Source: Atractiella rhizophila
Lineage: Eukaryota
Assembly: GCA_021432655.1 (NCBI GenBank)
Contig: MU271384.1
Coordinates: 1 to 64,000, forward strand
Direction: 5' to 3'
Length of the DNA stretch: 64,000 nucleotides
A program made the position numbers and the translations under genes. This document shows positions 14,924 through 29,200 of the stretch, piece after piece. Position 1 is the first letter of the stretch, and each line of letters starts with the position of its first letter. The notes beneath the pieces were generated by a model that searched no databases, was not told the DNA's origin, and saw nothing but the letters and a program-made list of their open reading frames with translations.

Positions 14924-17192
14924 TCAAAATTGGTCTTCGTCCGGCGGTATCCAATTTGCATCCATACCAATCCGTTGTCGAGCAACATCTTCCCAATCGA
15001 ACAATTTTTGAAAGCAAGGACCAGGCAAGGAAAAGTGCGCATATGGATTCTCTGGCTTCAGAGATGTTCCACAGCGATAACAATAATGCTTCGAGCACTT
15101 CGAACAGGTCTATGGAACCACGGCTGTCAATTGCACAGGGAAACAGACGAGAGGACGAACCATATGATTACATCCCACACTCTTCTGAATGGCACTAAGG
15201 CAAGCGGGACACTTTTGTGTGTTGCTATTGATCCATTCATTCGTCGCCTTCTCCTCAAGATGAGCATCGACCAATTTCTTCAGTACTCCAGCTCCGTATC
15301 GAATCTCGAGTTCGCGTTTCTCTTGTTCGGAGGCCGCGATATACTGACCGACGATACCGTCCCCAGAAGAAACTATTTTGCAAGGGTTCACACCGTGGTC
15401 TATAACATGAAAAATCAGTGGGGTGCACACAAAGGGAGGAAAGGACGAACAGACGCGTTTGCAGAATATGCAGAAAGAGAAAGACTGCTCATTCATACGC
15501 GGATTAGAGCCGTCGGTAGCAAAATGAGAACCGTACGCAAGAGGGGCATATGCGTAACCGCTCGTAGTCCTTATCCTTCGGCACTGGAGCTTGACATACC
15601 TCTCTCGGACAATAGCAATTCGTTGGATCTACCTCGCCCCCTACTTAATGCCTGACCAGAAGGAAGAAGGCAAAGAAAACAAACCGCTTTCAACCAACCT
15701 CTTCTCTTTTAATCGATCTAACCTGTTCCTCATTTCTGCCCCTAACATCTCCTCGATCTCCTCTGCTTCAACACGACCTGGTCCAATATCCAACTCTGAG
15801 ACTTTCGCCAATCCTTCCTGGTTCGGATATCTCTCCATAGCCCGCTGAGTCTTTCCCCACGCCGTCCGCTCTTCTGTACACTTTTGAGATGGACAAAACA
15901 CGAATTGGATGGAGCCTTCGGTGATGAGAAGCGAGAAGTACGACTTGAGGCATTCCTCGCAAAACCTGACCACACAATGGGCTATTTCGATCTTTACGAG
16001 AGAAACAGGACGGAAGGGCCTACACGCATCCACAATGTCTGAGTGCCCGACACTCTGCTCCCATCTTTTCCAAAAGGCAAATTTCGCACTCGTAAGCTTC
16101 AGCCATGAACGCTTCCCGCCTAGCCTTCTTGTCGTATTCGGCGACTGTTGCAGAAAGATCCGCTTTTGAGGTCGTTGCCGAGTCTGGTTTTGTTGGCGGA
16201 ATAATGAGGAGAGGGGAAGGGAGGGAGGCAAACCGCGCTGGAATGGTGGATACGAGCCAGTCGGATAAACTATATATCGTGGGACAACCCGGTACATAAA
16301 CTGTAGTTTCGAGATGGTGAGTGTTTTGTTAAGAAGTATCACAGACAGGTGTAGCAACTGCTAGAGGAAGGTATAGTCAGTAAGACGCTGGTGTCTTGTA
16401 TTCATGTCTGCAAAAGGAGAGCGCGGCTCGTTTTGGTTTGTTGCTCTCCAGAGAGAGTATGATTAGAAAGAAAAGCAGATCAACAGAATATTAAAGAATA
16501 AAAGATCCAAGTCCAGTGCTCACTGCACCGGTCATCATGATTCACAATATTCATAGTTGAAGGGGAATTCCCTTTATTCATTCCGAATAGTGAGGGGCTC
16601 AATTCGGGTGCATATACATCTTAGAGTCGATAGGAAACTGAAAAGAGAGATAGCGGGAAGATGAAGCACACACCTTCACCGAGTCCCTCCCTCAAGATCT
16701 CCTCCCACTTCAGCCCCTGCACCTCCCACTGTCCCTCCAACCTCCACTTCCCTCCACAGCTGCCTCCATCTGATAAGATCTCGTCGAAGTCCAATCTATC
16801 AGGGTAGTCGTCTCGCACTTCGATATGGAGGCAGAGGGGAGGAAGGTATTTTATGTCCTTTGGTGTCTTAGTATCTGTATCCAAAGTTATGTTTGTGGCT
16901 GAGGTTGAAGTAATGGGCGAGAGTGAAGACGAGACGAAAGAGAATGACATCGCAGAAGGGAGGTTGATTGGGATGTTAAGAGTGAGGGAAGTGGTGGAAT
17001 GAACTGTTAGAAGATCGGGGAATATAGACTATCCATTCAGGAACCGTTGCAGAACGAACATTAGATGCATCAGACACAGTCTGCATAAAGGATGATATTA
17101 CGAGAAGCGAAAAAGCTCACTTCCAGGACAGTGATCTCGTCTTCTCTTGCTTGAGCACACTCAGAACTTGAATATCCCTCCTCAGAATTCAT
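14924..17192 (-). CDS. ITT1: RWD-domain RBR (RING-IBR-RING) E3 ubiquitin ligase, RNF14/Itt1-like
   Basis: N-terminal EDEITVLE|SIFPD and YLPPLCL...DYP (RWD). RING1 CEICL...CGCV|FCEEC...CPSQKC. RING2 CPACLSAIQKSVGCNHM|TCSKCSKHYCYRCG. Confidence 0.85.
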
Positions 17193-17615
17193 CGCTCGAC
17201 TTTCAATTCTCTGACGGTCTTTTGCGCTGCGTTGTTGTGTAGGAAGAAAGGTGAATTGAAGTTATGGAGTGCTGAGTGAGCATGAGGAAGGCGAAAACGA
17301 GTCAGTCGATCACGTCGTCAGCAGTGCCACTCAGTTCTCTTTACGCGACTGAACAGGTATGGATATGGACTGGACTGAGTGGATAAGAGGATAACAACGG
17401 AGTTAGAGCATAAAAAGTACGAATATTGAATATTGCATTTATCATCTCCATTTCAAATTGAGGTACCAAGAGGTTCCAATCGAGTGATAGTCACGCTGGA
17501 GTTTCTTGTTTCTCCGCGTGCGTCTCACCCAATCACCCATTTTATCATCAACGACAATCACTCCAACCACTTCGCGATCTCGCCAACTTATCCAATAAAA
17601 TCTAAAAGCGCGACA

Positions 17616-20600
17616 ATGTCCTTCTGGCGCTTTGGCTTCACCCCAGTCTCTTCCATCTCCACCCTTCTGTCATCGTCCTCGCCTCCGCTCTCCATCCTTT
17701 CTTCCCTGCTCGACGAGGACGACTTGCTCCAAGAGCTCAAGACGTCCAATCCAAAACTGCTAGAATTCGTCTCCCGCAGAGATGTCGCATTACGGTTGTT
17801 GCAGTGGGTCACAGAGGGCTTCGGGAGCGAAGAGGACGCTGGCGTGAAGGTGGACGAGAGGAAGCTGTTGTTAGACTTTGTCAAAGGTGGGAAGGAGGAG
17901 ACTAAGTGGAGCAGGGAGAAGGAGAAGGAGGAAGAGAGGTGGAGGAGGGTCGGTGTTGGAGAGGGTGGTAGAGTCGATGATGAGTGGAGGAAAAGGAGGT
18001 TCAAGTCAGTCGTTTCTTTCTTTGTTCCTATTTGGACTTGTGTTTCTGCTTGAAGGATGGTCTGTGGGATCCCTTTTGCTCTTCTATACCTCCTCATGAG
18101 GTCTGCTCCAATGAGGGGAGTCATAGATGATAACCTTGAGCTACACGTTGTGGAGCACCATCATAATTACGTTTCTAAGATGCATACTCCTGATCCGTCC
18201 TCTCAAGGACATATATTACTTGTTCAAGTGATAGGATAATCTTCTTCTCTCCTGAGTACGCCAGAATACAATACTGGCTGCAATACAGGTAATACAGGTT
18301 GGCACGGCTTACTGTTCACAGGGGAACTCCTCCACATGACTCTGAATATTATTGCAAGAGTGAGCAAAGAGCGGTCTATCTCTGTCTCGGTGCTTCGTAG
18401 CGTTACTGGAATGCATCAATATGCCTACCATTTTCCGCCGAAACAGAGCGCAGCATGATCTGGCGAGACGGGATGCCCTACTTCGGTGGACAGTGCGTTG
18501 GAGTACCACCGATTCTGTGGTGTAATAACTTATTCGCATCAACGTCAACCGTAGTTTTTTCGAATACACAGTGAATGTTGCCGCCGTTGAAGGGTGATTG
18601 AGAAATACTCCATGTGTCGAGTATCAGTCTCTTTGAGAGGGGAGTACGACGACAATAGTAGTGCATGGTGATGTGTTATACGCATCTACTATATGAATCT
18701 CTAACGATAATGTGGAACTCTCTGCGATGATGAACTCACACAAGGCTTGTAGGTTCCCTTACGTCGCAACAGAAATCCTTTGCATGGACCTCTTCCCTCT
18801 TCTAGAGACCATCTTCTCCGCACCTCAATCCTTTCTGCTCCCTTTCTGGAACAGCGTCATGTCGCGGACACCGGGCGAGCTTTCCCTCAAGACTGTACAA
18901 GTCGGATATTTCGTCAAAGTCATGGGCTCCTTCTTGCAGGCCCGGCCCGTCCAAACTCTCACCTTCATTTACGCCCTCCCGTCCTTCCTACCGCGAATCT
19001 TAAGCCATTTGCCCACTTGTTCCCCACTCTCTGATCTCGTCCTCCGTCTACTTTACCTCGATCTTAATCCTCAACTGCCTCCGCATCTCAGCCCTTCTCT
19101 CTTCTTGGAACGTGAACGACTTATACCCCAGCTTTTGGACTTAATCCATCCATCACGACCAACTGGCCATCATCAGGCGGCATCAGAGCTTATCAAGATT
19201 CTCATATCATTTGAGAACGGCATGGTATCCGGAAACGTCGTCGAGATCCTTGGACTTGGTGTAGGATTAGGAGGAATCGCAGCGCTCGGTGGCGGCGCCA
19301 TGGGGATGGGGAAGCCTGGAGGGAACGAGGCTCAGGCTCTTGGACTGGGGAGGGGAGTGATGCAGTCTCCTTTCGGACTGTTGGGTGCCAGCGGGATCCT
19401 GCAGTGCAAGCCTGGAGAGAGGGTGCGATGGCCTGAGTTCCGATTCTGTCGAGAGTTGGTCAGAGCGGATACGATACGACGGATGCTCGATACCGTCCTC
19501 CCACCGAAGCGAAAGAGGGAGGAGTCGAATAAGGCCGACGATAGGCTGAACGATTCTACCTTCGCTCTCTCGTCCAGTCTCGGAGGCACATCCGCGTCTG
19601 AAGAATTCACCAACATTTCTACCCCTGACGTCGCTCCCTCGGAAGGTGTTGGAGAGCCTTCGGTCCTTTTGGAACAATCTGAGTCGGGCGAGATCTTTGG
19701 CATTTCTCCACCCGAATTAGCTTCGAATTTGGGGCCATTCCAACAGATCGCGAGCGTGCATCGCAAGGAAGACTCAAGTCCAACTCCTTCTCCTCAACTG
19801 GCACCGACCCAGTCTGATATCGATGGAAACAACGTCACTTCGTCCCTGATTCATATTCTTTCGCTCATTATAGATCTAATCCGAAAGAACAACTCCGATT
19901 TCGTGGAGCAACAGATTCTGGCTTGGGCTCAGAGGGAGGAAGCGGCAGATAGGGCAAAGGAGGAGAATGGGGGAAATGGTGATGTGGATGGTGTGAAGGA
20001 AGAGGATTGGAGAGATCCAAAAGGACCGAGCGTTGTGGACCTCACCCATTTACTGAAGGCACTCACTGAACGGGTCGAAGACTTTCAAGAATTGCTACGA
20101 AATCCAAGGTCTGGAAAAGAGTCGATGCCGAGCACGATTGGGGACATCAAGCCATTGACCGTCGAGCGCTTCAGGATATGCGAACTCTATGCCGAACTCG
20201 TCCACTGCTCCAATATGAGCCTTCTCAATCGTGCAGATGGTCCACAATACGACGAAGAAGGCCATCTTGTGGGAGGATATCATGCAGCTGAAAAGTTGAA
20301 TCTTGCTATACGAGGGGCGATGCAAGAGAATGATTACACGGAGCCTGTACCGGTCGTGGACCAAGCCGAAGGGGAGACACCGGTGGTCGTTAACGGAGCC
20401 TCGCTTCCACGTCTGAGCAGCGACATGGAAGATGTCCCGTTGGATAGTCCAGCCGCTGAGAGGAGCCAGTCGAAGGCATTTGTGGCTGGGAAATCCGGCG
20501 ATTCGAGCCCGGCGGAGAAGACTGAGGAGGGTTCAAGCGTCGACTCTGAAAGTGGCGGGATCTTGGATCGGGAGGAAGCACAGGCTGTCCAATCGCTTGT

Positions 20601-22778
20601 TAACGGCACAGAGACGCCGAATGATGAAGACGATGAGGAAGATCCATTTGACGACACGAGAGCGATTAGGGAAGAGTTCGACGCGCTCACCATCAACGGT
20701 GATCATCCACCGATAGAAGACGCGATCGAACGTCCGCATCATCGCTTCCTCCCCTCGTCCACACCAATTACTCAATCAAGCGAGACGCTGCCAACGGGCG
20801 ATGTGCTGAAAGAAACCTTCATGCAGCAACGAGTACTCAGTACGATCCTGGACCTTTTCTTCGACTATCCCTGGAACAACTTCTTGCACAACGCTGTCTA
20901 CGATATTTTTCAGCAGATCTTTGGCGGCCACATGGATCGTGGCCTCAACAGGAAATTGACTGTTGAAGCTTTCACCGTTGCTGATATTACTGGCAGGATA
21001 CTTGATGGCGAAGAACGGAACACGAATGTACTGTGAGTAGCCCATCCATATCATTCTGTAGTGCTAGAACATTATATTACAGATCGCAAGACAAGGGTGT
21101 TCGATTAGGTTACATGGGTCACATGTCTATCATGGCGGAAGAAGTCGTGAAGCTATTCCAGCATTACCCATATGAGATTTTCGATGTCGTTTCCTCAAGC
21201 CTTCGCCAACCGGAGTGGGATCGATACGTAAACGACGTCCTGAAACCTTCGAGAGAATTGGACAGTCAACCATTAGGAGTTAATGGCATGTCCATAATGC
21301 ATGACAACACCTCGTTTGCCAGTAATGGAGTTGATGAGGACGATTTCTCCATAACACGGAATGGAAAGGGTCATGGTACAGAGTTAGATACAGGTGGTGA
21401 TGGAAGGAAAGACAATCCTGCAAGTGATCAGGTGAGTACGACTCTATGTGCGCCTCCTCAAGTGTTCTGACAGCATCGGTTAGTTTACCCGTTACCTTGT
21501 CCAACAAATTTCGAGCGATCTGCCGGACAAATTTGCCAGCGATGATGATGAGGATGATTCTCATCATTGGCTCTCGACATCAACCTTCGACCCGAATGAC
21601 GTTGACTATGAACTGAACGAGTCCAAGGTGAAGACCAATAAAGCGAGACATAGCTTTGTCCAAACGAGCTCTGACAGCGAAGAAGTTAGTCTTTCTTTCT
21701 GTTTCAAATTTGAATAATGCCTTGACTACCCATCATAGGAAGCGGATTGGGGCTTCACGTCCAAGTCGTCTAAACCGTCCACTTCCAAAATCGAGGAAAG
21801 CAATCTTTTTGCTGGTGACTCCTTTCAGCCACTGGCGTCAACATCCTCCAATAAAGTCACCGATATTTCGAGTTCTTCCTCTGCAAAGTTGGACTGGGGG
21901 ACCGACTTTTCGACAGGAGTCTCAAGCAACCCATTTGGGGATGACGATGATGAATTCGGTATATTTCAACAACATGTAGTCTGAGAGCAACATTGACAAA
22001 TTATTCAGGGAACTTTATGGACGCTACTTCTCCTGCCACAAACAGCAATGCGTTCGGAGACTTCGACTTCAGCGAGAGTCAAGCTTTCAGCGAGTTTGGA
22101 TCCGATTTTGCCCCTACAATATCCCAAAAATTTGATATTCCGCCTTCCCCCCCTCCACCTCCTACATCAGAATCTCCCTCGAATTCCCGGGTCAATCCTA
22201 CTTCTTCGACAACGGAACAGGTGAAGACTTCGCAGGCTGACATTACTCCCTCTCCCGTGGCAGTCCCCGCACCGCCACTGCCGTCTTCCCCTCCAGATAC
22301 ACTCTCTGTTGACCCCTCTACATTCCGTACGCCGCCTGTCCGACCGGGCACTCCAGAGGTGCGATCTCCCCTCTCGCCCATCCTGGACATGAGACGTTCT
22401 GGGCATTCGAGAACTCCATCCAGTACTGGATCAGCGCATTCTCCGAAGCCGACAATCTTAGGTACGCTGCTCCATCTTTACTTTGGATTCCCTAATCGCT
22501 GCCGTATGGATAGCTATCTCTCCCACCGAGCCGTTGGGACCAGGTGTGACCAAGAGTGCACACCTGACAGAGGATGGCATGGTGAAGTCGTTACCATTTC
22601 CTCCTGAGTGTAGATTGATTTGTGTGATCAGGTTGAAGCCATGGTTGGTGGGGTCCCTGTTAAGGTTCCTGCGGACGATATAGCTCTCGAAGTCGCACTG
22701 GAACGCGAAGAAAACCTTTCTCATAGCTCACATATCAGCAGCTCGCCTGTACTCAGCGGCGAAAAGGACAAGTCGTGA
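17616..22778 (+). CDS. SIT4/PP6 phosphatase-associated (SAPS domain) regulatory subunit, Sap185/Sap190/Ekc1-like
   Basis: MSFWRFGF start, LLDEDDLLQELK, K|FPYVATEIL, ERFRICELYAELVHCSNM, YPWNNFLH, RLGYMGH. First intron 18005-18752 (748 nt). Confidence 0.93.
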
Positions 22779-23270
22779 TCCATAGCAGACTTGGCATGCT
22801 TTAATGACGTGTTCTTGTTAATATTTCATTCGCAATGTTCCTATCTAGATTGCTGAAGTCTTCTTGTACTGTTCTCGCATAATGCATTCCGTTTACGCGA
22901 AAAGTTGACTATGTCAAGAACCAAAACTTGCATGCAAGGATGTATCTCACATCATGTGATCCAACAGGGGTCAAAAGAGTTAACATTACGAACAGTGAAA
23001 CTAAACCTCCTCCCCATAAGAGAAATTCAAAGGATAAGTGAGAAACCTAAACAACAAGAGAATGACCAAATAGTGGGGGGGAGCTGCATATCTTGAAAGG
23101 CCACGAACCAACGGCCCTAGCCCAGGCGAGGGCCAGTACGAAAACCCAAGAAACAAATAACAGGAACAAGATTATCGAGGACACGTAGTTCAAAAGCAAT
23201 CAAATAATTCCAACAAAGATTGATAATGAGTGGAATGAAAAGGGATGGCAAACTTGGTTGCATAAATTGC

Positions 23271-26200
23271 TTAAAAACAATTGACTGCCAAGGGACGTAA
23301 GCAACCAGCTCGCTGAAGGGAGGACAGAACTTACATTTACTCTTCCTCCTAGACATCTCTTCCATTCTTCTGTCGAGCTGATTCCTCGCACTCTCCTTTG
23401 CTAGTCGTTCCTGCTCTAACCTGCTCTCGACTGCTTGCTCTCGACTTCGGAGATTATCAACCTCTTGGCGAGACTCGAGGACCTGCTGCCTCAACTGATC
23501 ATTCTGCCTGGAGAATTCGTCACGCTCTTTTGAGAGGTCGTTCATCTGCATCCGAGCTTTGCGGAGGTTCCTTTCTGAGTCGTTCAGAGCCGATTCGAGA
23601 GTATTCACAAGGTCAACATTAGCCTGCAGATCTGACTCGCAATGATGCAGCTGTTTTGTTAATTTCGTGATCTGGGCCGCCAAATCAGCCTAGCTAGTAC
23701 AAAATGAAAGTGCATACCAAAATTTCTTGCTCCTCGAGTTTACGAGCAACTCGCGCGTCAATAGTGATAGAGTCTGTCATCGAGTTAGTTGGAGAGCGTG
23801 TTGTTGTTGGCGGCGAGTCAGAGTTCCTTGTCACGCTGCTAGTAGACGAGTTACGCGGGCGACTCGAAGTGGAGCTGATCGAGACTGAGTTGGTATGATT
23901 TGATGAAGAAGGCAATGGAGGGGGTGGCATCGTCGGAGGTGGTGTTGGCGGAGGGGCTTTGATGGAGCCATTTGTTCCGTTTGCGCTGACGGTGAGTGAT
24001 CCCGCATGTAACGTAGGAGACATTCGAGGACTACGAGAATCAAAACCGATGGCGTCATTCGAAGTCAAGGAATCGGTACGACCATGATAGCCATTGGAAT
24101 GGCTACCATCTACAGCTAGATTAGCGACCTGCTGTTGTAACTCCTTGATATATTGATCTTGTCGTATTTTGTCGGCCGTCAAAGCGTCTTTCTCTAATCG
24201 AAGTGCGTCGAGTTCAACCTGAAGTTGGGACAAGGAAGAACGATGGCGCTCGAGGTCCTTGACGATCGTGTCATATTTACTGGAAGGAATCTGATTTGCC
24301 GCTTGTAATCGCAAGTTGTCTAGTTGAGACATCAGACGTTCCTTCTCGTCTTGAGACTCCTTCAGCGCCTTCTCCAGGGTGCTAAGAGCATCCAAGGCGT
24401 CTTGAAGCTCACTTTCCGCTACACTGTGTTGATCGATGCTTACCCGACTAGCCTGCAGACTTTCGCGCGCTTCGGCTAACGACTGCTCCAACTTCGACCT
24501 TTCGGAGTCGTGTTGTTCGGCATCTCGTCTCATCTGGTCCATCAACACTTGAACTTTTGCTGCAATCTGATCCTTGCTCATTTCTGAAGCCCTGAGATCC
24601 GCTTGTAAGCGGGTGATATCATCAGCGAGTTGAGCTCTCTGAGCATCAAATGCTTCAGAATGGCTGAGCTGTTCACGAGTTTTGATGTCCAACTGCGACC
24701 TCGCCTGCTCCAGGATAGCGTTTTGCGCATCCTGCTGCGTCGAAAGGATCTGAGCGTGTTCCAGCTTGAGCTGCCTCACAATGGATTCGTGGTCTTCGGA
24801 CAATTTTGCAATAGCAGTCACATGACCAGCCGTCAAAGAAGACACAGCAGTAGCATGCTCTTCCTTCAATGCGTTGATTGCTGCTTCCGATTCTCCCTTG
24901 ACCTGTGTACTGTCATTAAAGCACTTTAAAGGTAAAGGACGACATACGGAACGTGCCTCGATGAGTTGTTGCTCGTGCGTAGCGATTTGTTGTTGGAAAG
25001 CATTTCGGTGCGATAATTCCAACGCAGCAACCGCTTCGGAGTGTTGAACTTCAAGCTGCTGGAGCGTTGTTTGATGAGACACGCGGAGATCGTCCATCGC
25101 TTGATCATGTTTGGCGGAAAGGGATTGGAGGTCAGACAAATGTTTAGCTTCCACAGAACGGATTTTCTCTTCGAACTCTACAGCGAGCGTAGTAGTCCTC
25201 TCACTTGCCACGGATTCGTTCTGGCTTCGGATCAAATTCAAAGTTGCCTCGTGTTCGCTCCCAAGGTCAGATATCCTGCGCTCATGGGTGGCAGTAAGGT
25301 CTGCAAGGCGATTCTCGATGTCAAGGTTGACTTCATCCAGCTTCTTCTCGTGTTGAGCTTTGAGCGTGGCAACTTCCTCACCATGGGAATCTCTCATGCG
25401 CTTCAAATCCGAATCGCGTTCCTCTCGGAGCCTGTTGATCGCTTCAGCGTGGCTCTCAATCATCCGTGTAATCACATTCTCCTGTTCTTCTGTCAAGCGA
25501 GAGATCGCAGCGGTATGGTCGGATTCCTTGGAGGATAAAAGCGCAGTGTGTTCAGATTTGAGGTTCGTGAGAGCCACTTCGTAATCTGCCTCCCGTTTCG
25601 CGAGCGCAGCGTTGTGTTCAACCTTCGCAGATTGCAAAGCCGCGTTGACATCGTCGCTGTTTCGTTCAGAGAACGTTTGTTCGAATCTCTGCAGGGCTAA
25701 CGTATGTTCTTCGTCACGTTGACGCAAAGAGGCAATGTGTTGATTATTCTTAGCCTGTCACACAGTCAATCAAAGCAATGAAGCCTAACAATGATTCTCA
25801 CCTCTAATGCAGCCACATGTTCACCATCCTTCTTCCGCAAAGCATCTTCATGGTCCTTCATGCGGGACTGTAAGGCAGCTTCCAACTCAGCAGTCTTTGA
25901 TGCCATCAGCTGATCGCGCTCATCTAATGCCTTGCGCATGTCTTGGGCGTGTTCTTCCTTCAGACTTCTGATAGCAGCCGCGTGATCCTCCGCATTTTGA
26001 TCCAGCAAAGCTCTATGCTCGCTGATCAATTTGCGACAAGCTTCCTTGACCTGATTTTCCGCTTCAAGGCGGATGTTTTCAGTTTCCTGAGCCGCCTTCC
26101 GAAGAGCCTCTTCCAAAGTTGTCAGCTTCTCCCTCAGAGCTTCATTCTGCTCGCCAATCCTGATTTGCGACCGAAGGCTCTCTATCTCCGTTGACATGTT

Positions 26201-29200
26201 GATGACTTGATTATGAGAAAGAGCTTTAAGATCCTCATGTTGCCTAGTAAGGCCGGTGAGTTGATCCTGTAGCTCGTCAACAATTTGACGATGAGCTGAC
26301 TCCTTCCGAGCCATCGAACGCATTAGCTTATCGAGGCGTGCCTGGAGCTCTTCTTCTGTAAACTCGGTAGGACCGTTTAACTCTGCGAGTTCCTCCTTAA
26401 GAGCAGTGAAGGCGGACAGGGTCTGAGGTGACATGTATGGAGACTCCTCGGGTGTTGATGCTCCATTAACAGTCGGGGGAGTTGTTGAATCGATGGCCGT
26501 AGGGGTCTTTTCGTCCTGAGGGTTAATAGTCTGACTCTCGCTTCGGGAAGGTTGGGGAGGAGAAGATTTCTCTAGCTTCTCTAGTTCGCGAATGGAACGT
26601 TCAAGATGGTTGATTTCTTCCTCTCTCGATTTCAGGGTTTCTTGCAACTGCATCACCTCCTTCTCCAACGATTCATAGCTCCTTTCGTTCTGAACCGGAA
26701 TGGCTCCATTGGGGGATACTGCTCGAGGACTGTGAGGATAAGCAGAAAGTGATCCCTGCGCCGACGACAACTCCTGCGAGAGCGATACCGATCGAAGGTG
26801 CGCATTGCTGGAGCCATTCCGAGGCTGCGCTAAAAAAGACAGTCGTGGTCCTGCCGCAAGCGGCATACTTCGACGACTTCGAGGAGATTTAGGGGCATGA
26901 GGCGACTTGTTGCCGAAAGATTGATCGCGCGCGGAATGAGGGAGAGGTGGAACAGGAGGAACGTCCAAATCCTTTTCCCAAGTAGCGTTCCGAAGAGAAG
27001 GGAAAGAAGTGGAGTGGTGCAAGGCGGGAGAAGGAAGAGGAGAAGGGAGGATGTCCTGAGACTCAGAGCTGATGAGCCTCGCTTCCTCTACTTGCTGAGC
27101 AAGATCTTCGATTTCCTTCAACGAGTCCTTGTACTTCTGGTTGATGGTTTGAAGCTCGTACAAAGCTTTCTGATGCTGAATCTGCAACCTTTCCAACTTG
27201 TATTCAAGGTCCAGCTCAGAATCAGAAGGCTGTTGATTCATGTCGGGAGTATGAGGAGGAGTAAGTTGCTTCTGCTGTTGCTGTTGAAGCTTTTCGAGTG
27301 CCGCGTTCTTCTCCTCCTGTAAATTCCGGAGCTGAAGCTGCAGTTCAATTTTGTCGTTCATGGTCCTCTCAGCGATCTGATTCAATCTCTCTCTCTCCTG
27401 CTCGAACCCGTCCTTCTCCTCCTTCAGATCTTCCAAATTTCTCTCCAACTCTACCAAGCGCCTCTCTTTTTCCTCCAGCTCCTCCAAGATCATCTTGTGC
27501 TGGTCGCTGGTATCCAAAAGTAGCATCCGGCCTTCCAATTCTTTGTACAACCCCTCCCTCCGCTCCACTTCCCTCTCCAGGTCCTCGACCTGATTCTGAA
27601 GGATCAGGGCCCCTTCCTCCGCCTTAGAGAGTCTATTCTCCAGGTCCTTGATATAGCGCTCATTGTTGTTCTCCACCTCTTTATACTTTTGAATCTCCTT
27701 CCTCAACTCTCCCACCAAATCAGCATCCACATCCTGCCTATCGGCCTCAGCCTTCAACTTGCTCTCTAGATCCCTCACGTATCCCTCGGCCAGCGCTTCC
27801 CGCTCCGCTAATTTCGCGACACGACTCTTGAGCTCGTCGATGAGGTTGGCATTTGTCTCATTGACCTGCTGTTCGAAAAGCAGTTTCTCCTCCTGGTCCT
27901 TCATCGAGTCCTCCGCATGGACAAGGGCCGCTTTCGTAAGCGCCAATTGGGACTCGAGGGCCGAAAGGGACTTTTCGTACTCCTGAACGACGGGAGCTAC
28001 GGCTTGTTCAAAAGCCTCAGGCGTGAGATGATGACCTATAGCGCCACTCGCTCCACCTCCCAAATTCGAATGAGCAGCAGCTTGAGCTTTGGTCAGTTCG
28101 GCGGTCATCTTTGCGTATTTCTGGCTGAGCTCCGAATACTGTTCCTGCAGCTCAAGCATGGCTCCACTATCCGCTCCTCCGCCTCCACTTCCCACGTGGC
28201 CAAATATTCCCTCTTCATTAATCGTCCTGAGTCCCGAACCACCGCCATTGCGAATCGACGCCAACTCCTCCCTCAACTTGAGTACGACTTTCTGGAGATA
28301 CTCGACGTCCTCCCAGCCGACCTCCACCTCATTCACCTCCGCGCGATTCTTGATGTTCCTCGCCCTATTCGCATATTTGAGGGTATTGAGTGTCTCCGCA
28401 AGATTGTACTCGCTCCCCGACGCACACGCAATCATCAACGTATGGGCATTTCCACCAAGCGAGTCTTGAAGGAGACGAGTGAGTTTGGAGTCGCGATACG
28501 GGATATGGGTTGTCTGTCTCGCTTTGACGGGATCACCGAGTGCAGAGATGACGTTTCCGAGGGCATGAAGACCGGAATTGATGCTGATTCCCTCCTTGGC
28601 TCTCTCTCCGACAGCCGAAGTCCTCTTCAGCCTTTCGGAACCCGCGAGATCGACGAAATGAAATTTAGACGTGATCGTCGTCCATTCGCCGACCTCTTCT
28701 TCTGCATCACCAAGCATATTCGGACCCGGACTGACCGGTCTTCCTCCAGCTCCACCGGTCGAGGCTCTGAGACCAAACCGCGAACCAGGTCGTTCGGGGA
28801 TACCCGATGGGGTGGCCCGTCCAGAAGTAGGCGATTGCAGGGAGCGGGCACCCTGGAAGGAGGCACGTTTGTTCGTTGGGTTGGGAGAAGGAGGGTGCGG
28901 GTTTGAGCCTGTGTACTTGCGCTGTACAAGCGTGAGGGAAAAGATGGCGTGAGATCGAGAAGATTGGGCATTCATGTCGGTCGAGTTTGTCTGTCGAAGA
29001 GAGGAGCCTTGTGAAAGGTTCCTATCCCATCATTGTTCCGTGTCAATGGAGACCACAAGGCAGGAAGAAGTGGAAGGGATGAAGGGACTAACAGCATGAC
29101 CTCCTCGACGTCCCTAACTCCTAACTCCCTCAACCCACTCCAAATGATCTGTCCCTTCTCCTCCCTAATGGTGACGCTTCCATGCGGAGCCTCTCTCCCC

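Noticed and set aside
27917..28906. 329-aa + strand ORF
   Set aside because: Antisense shadow of the kinesin motor/neck exon with no independent motif.
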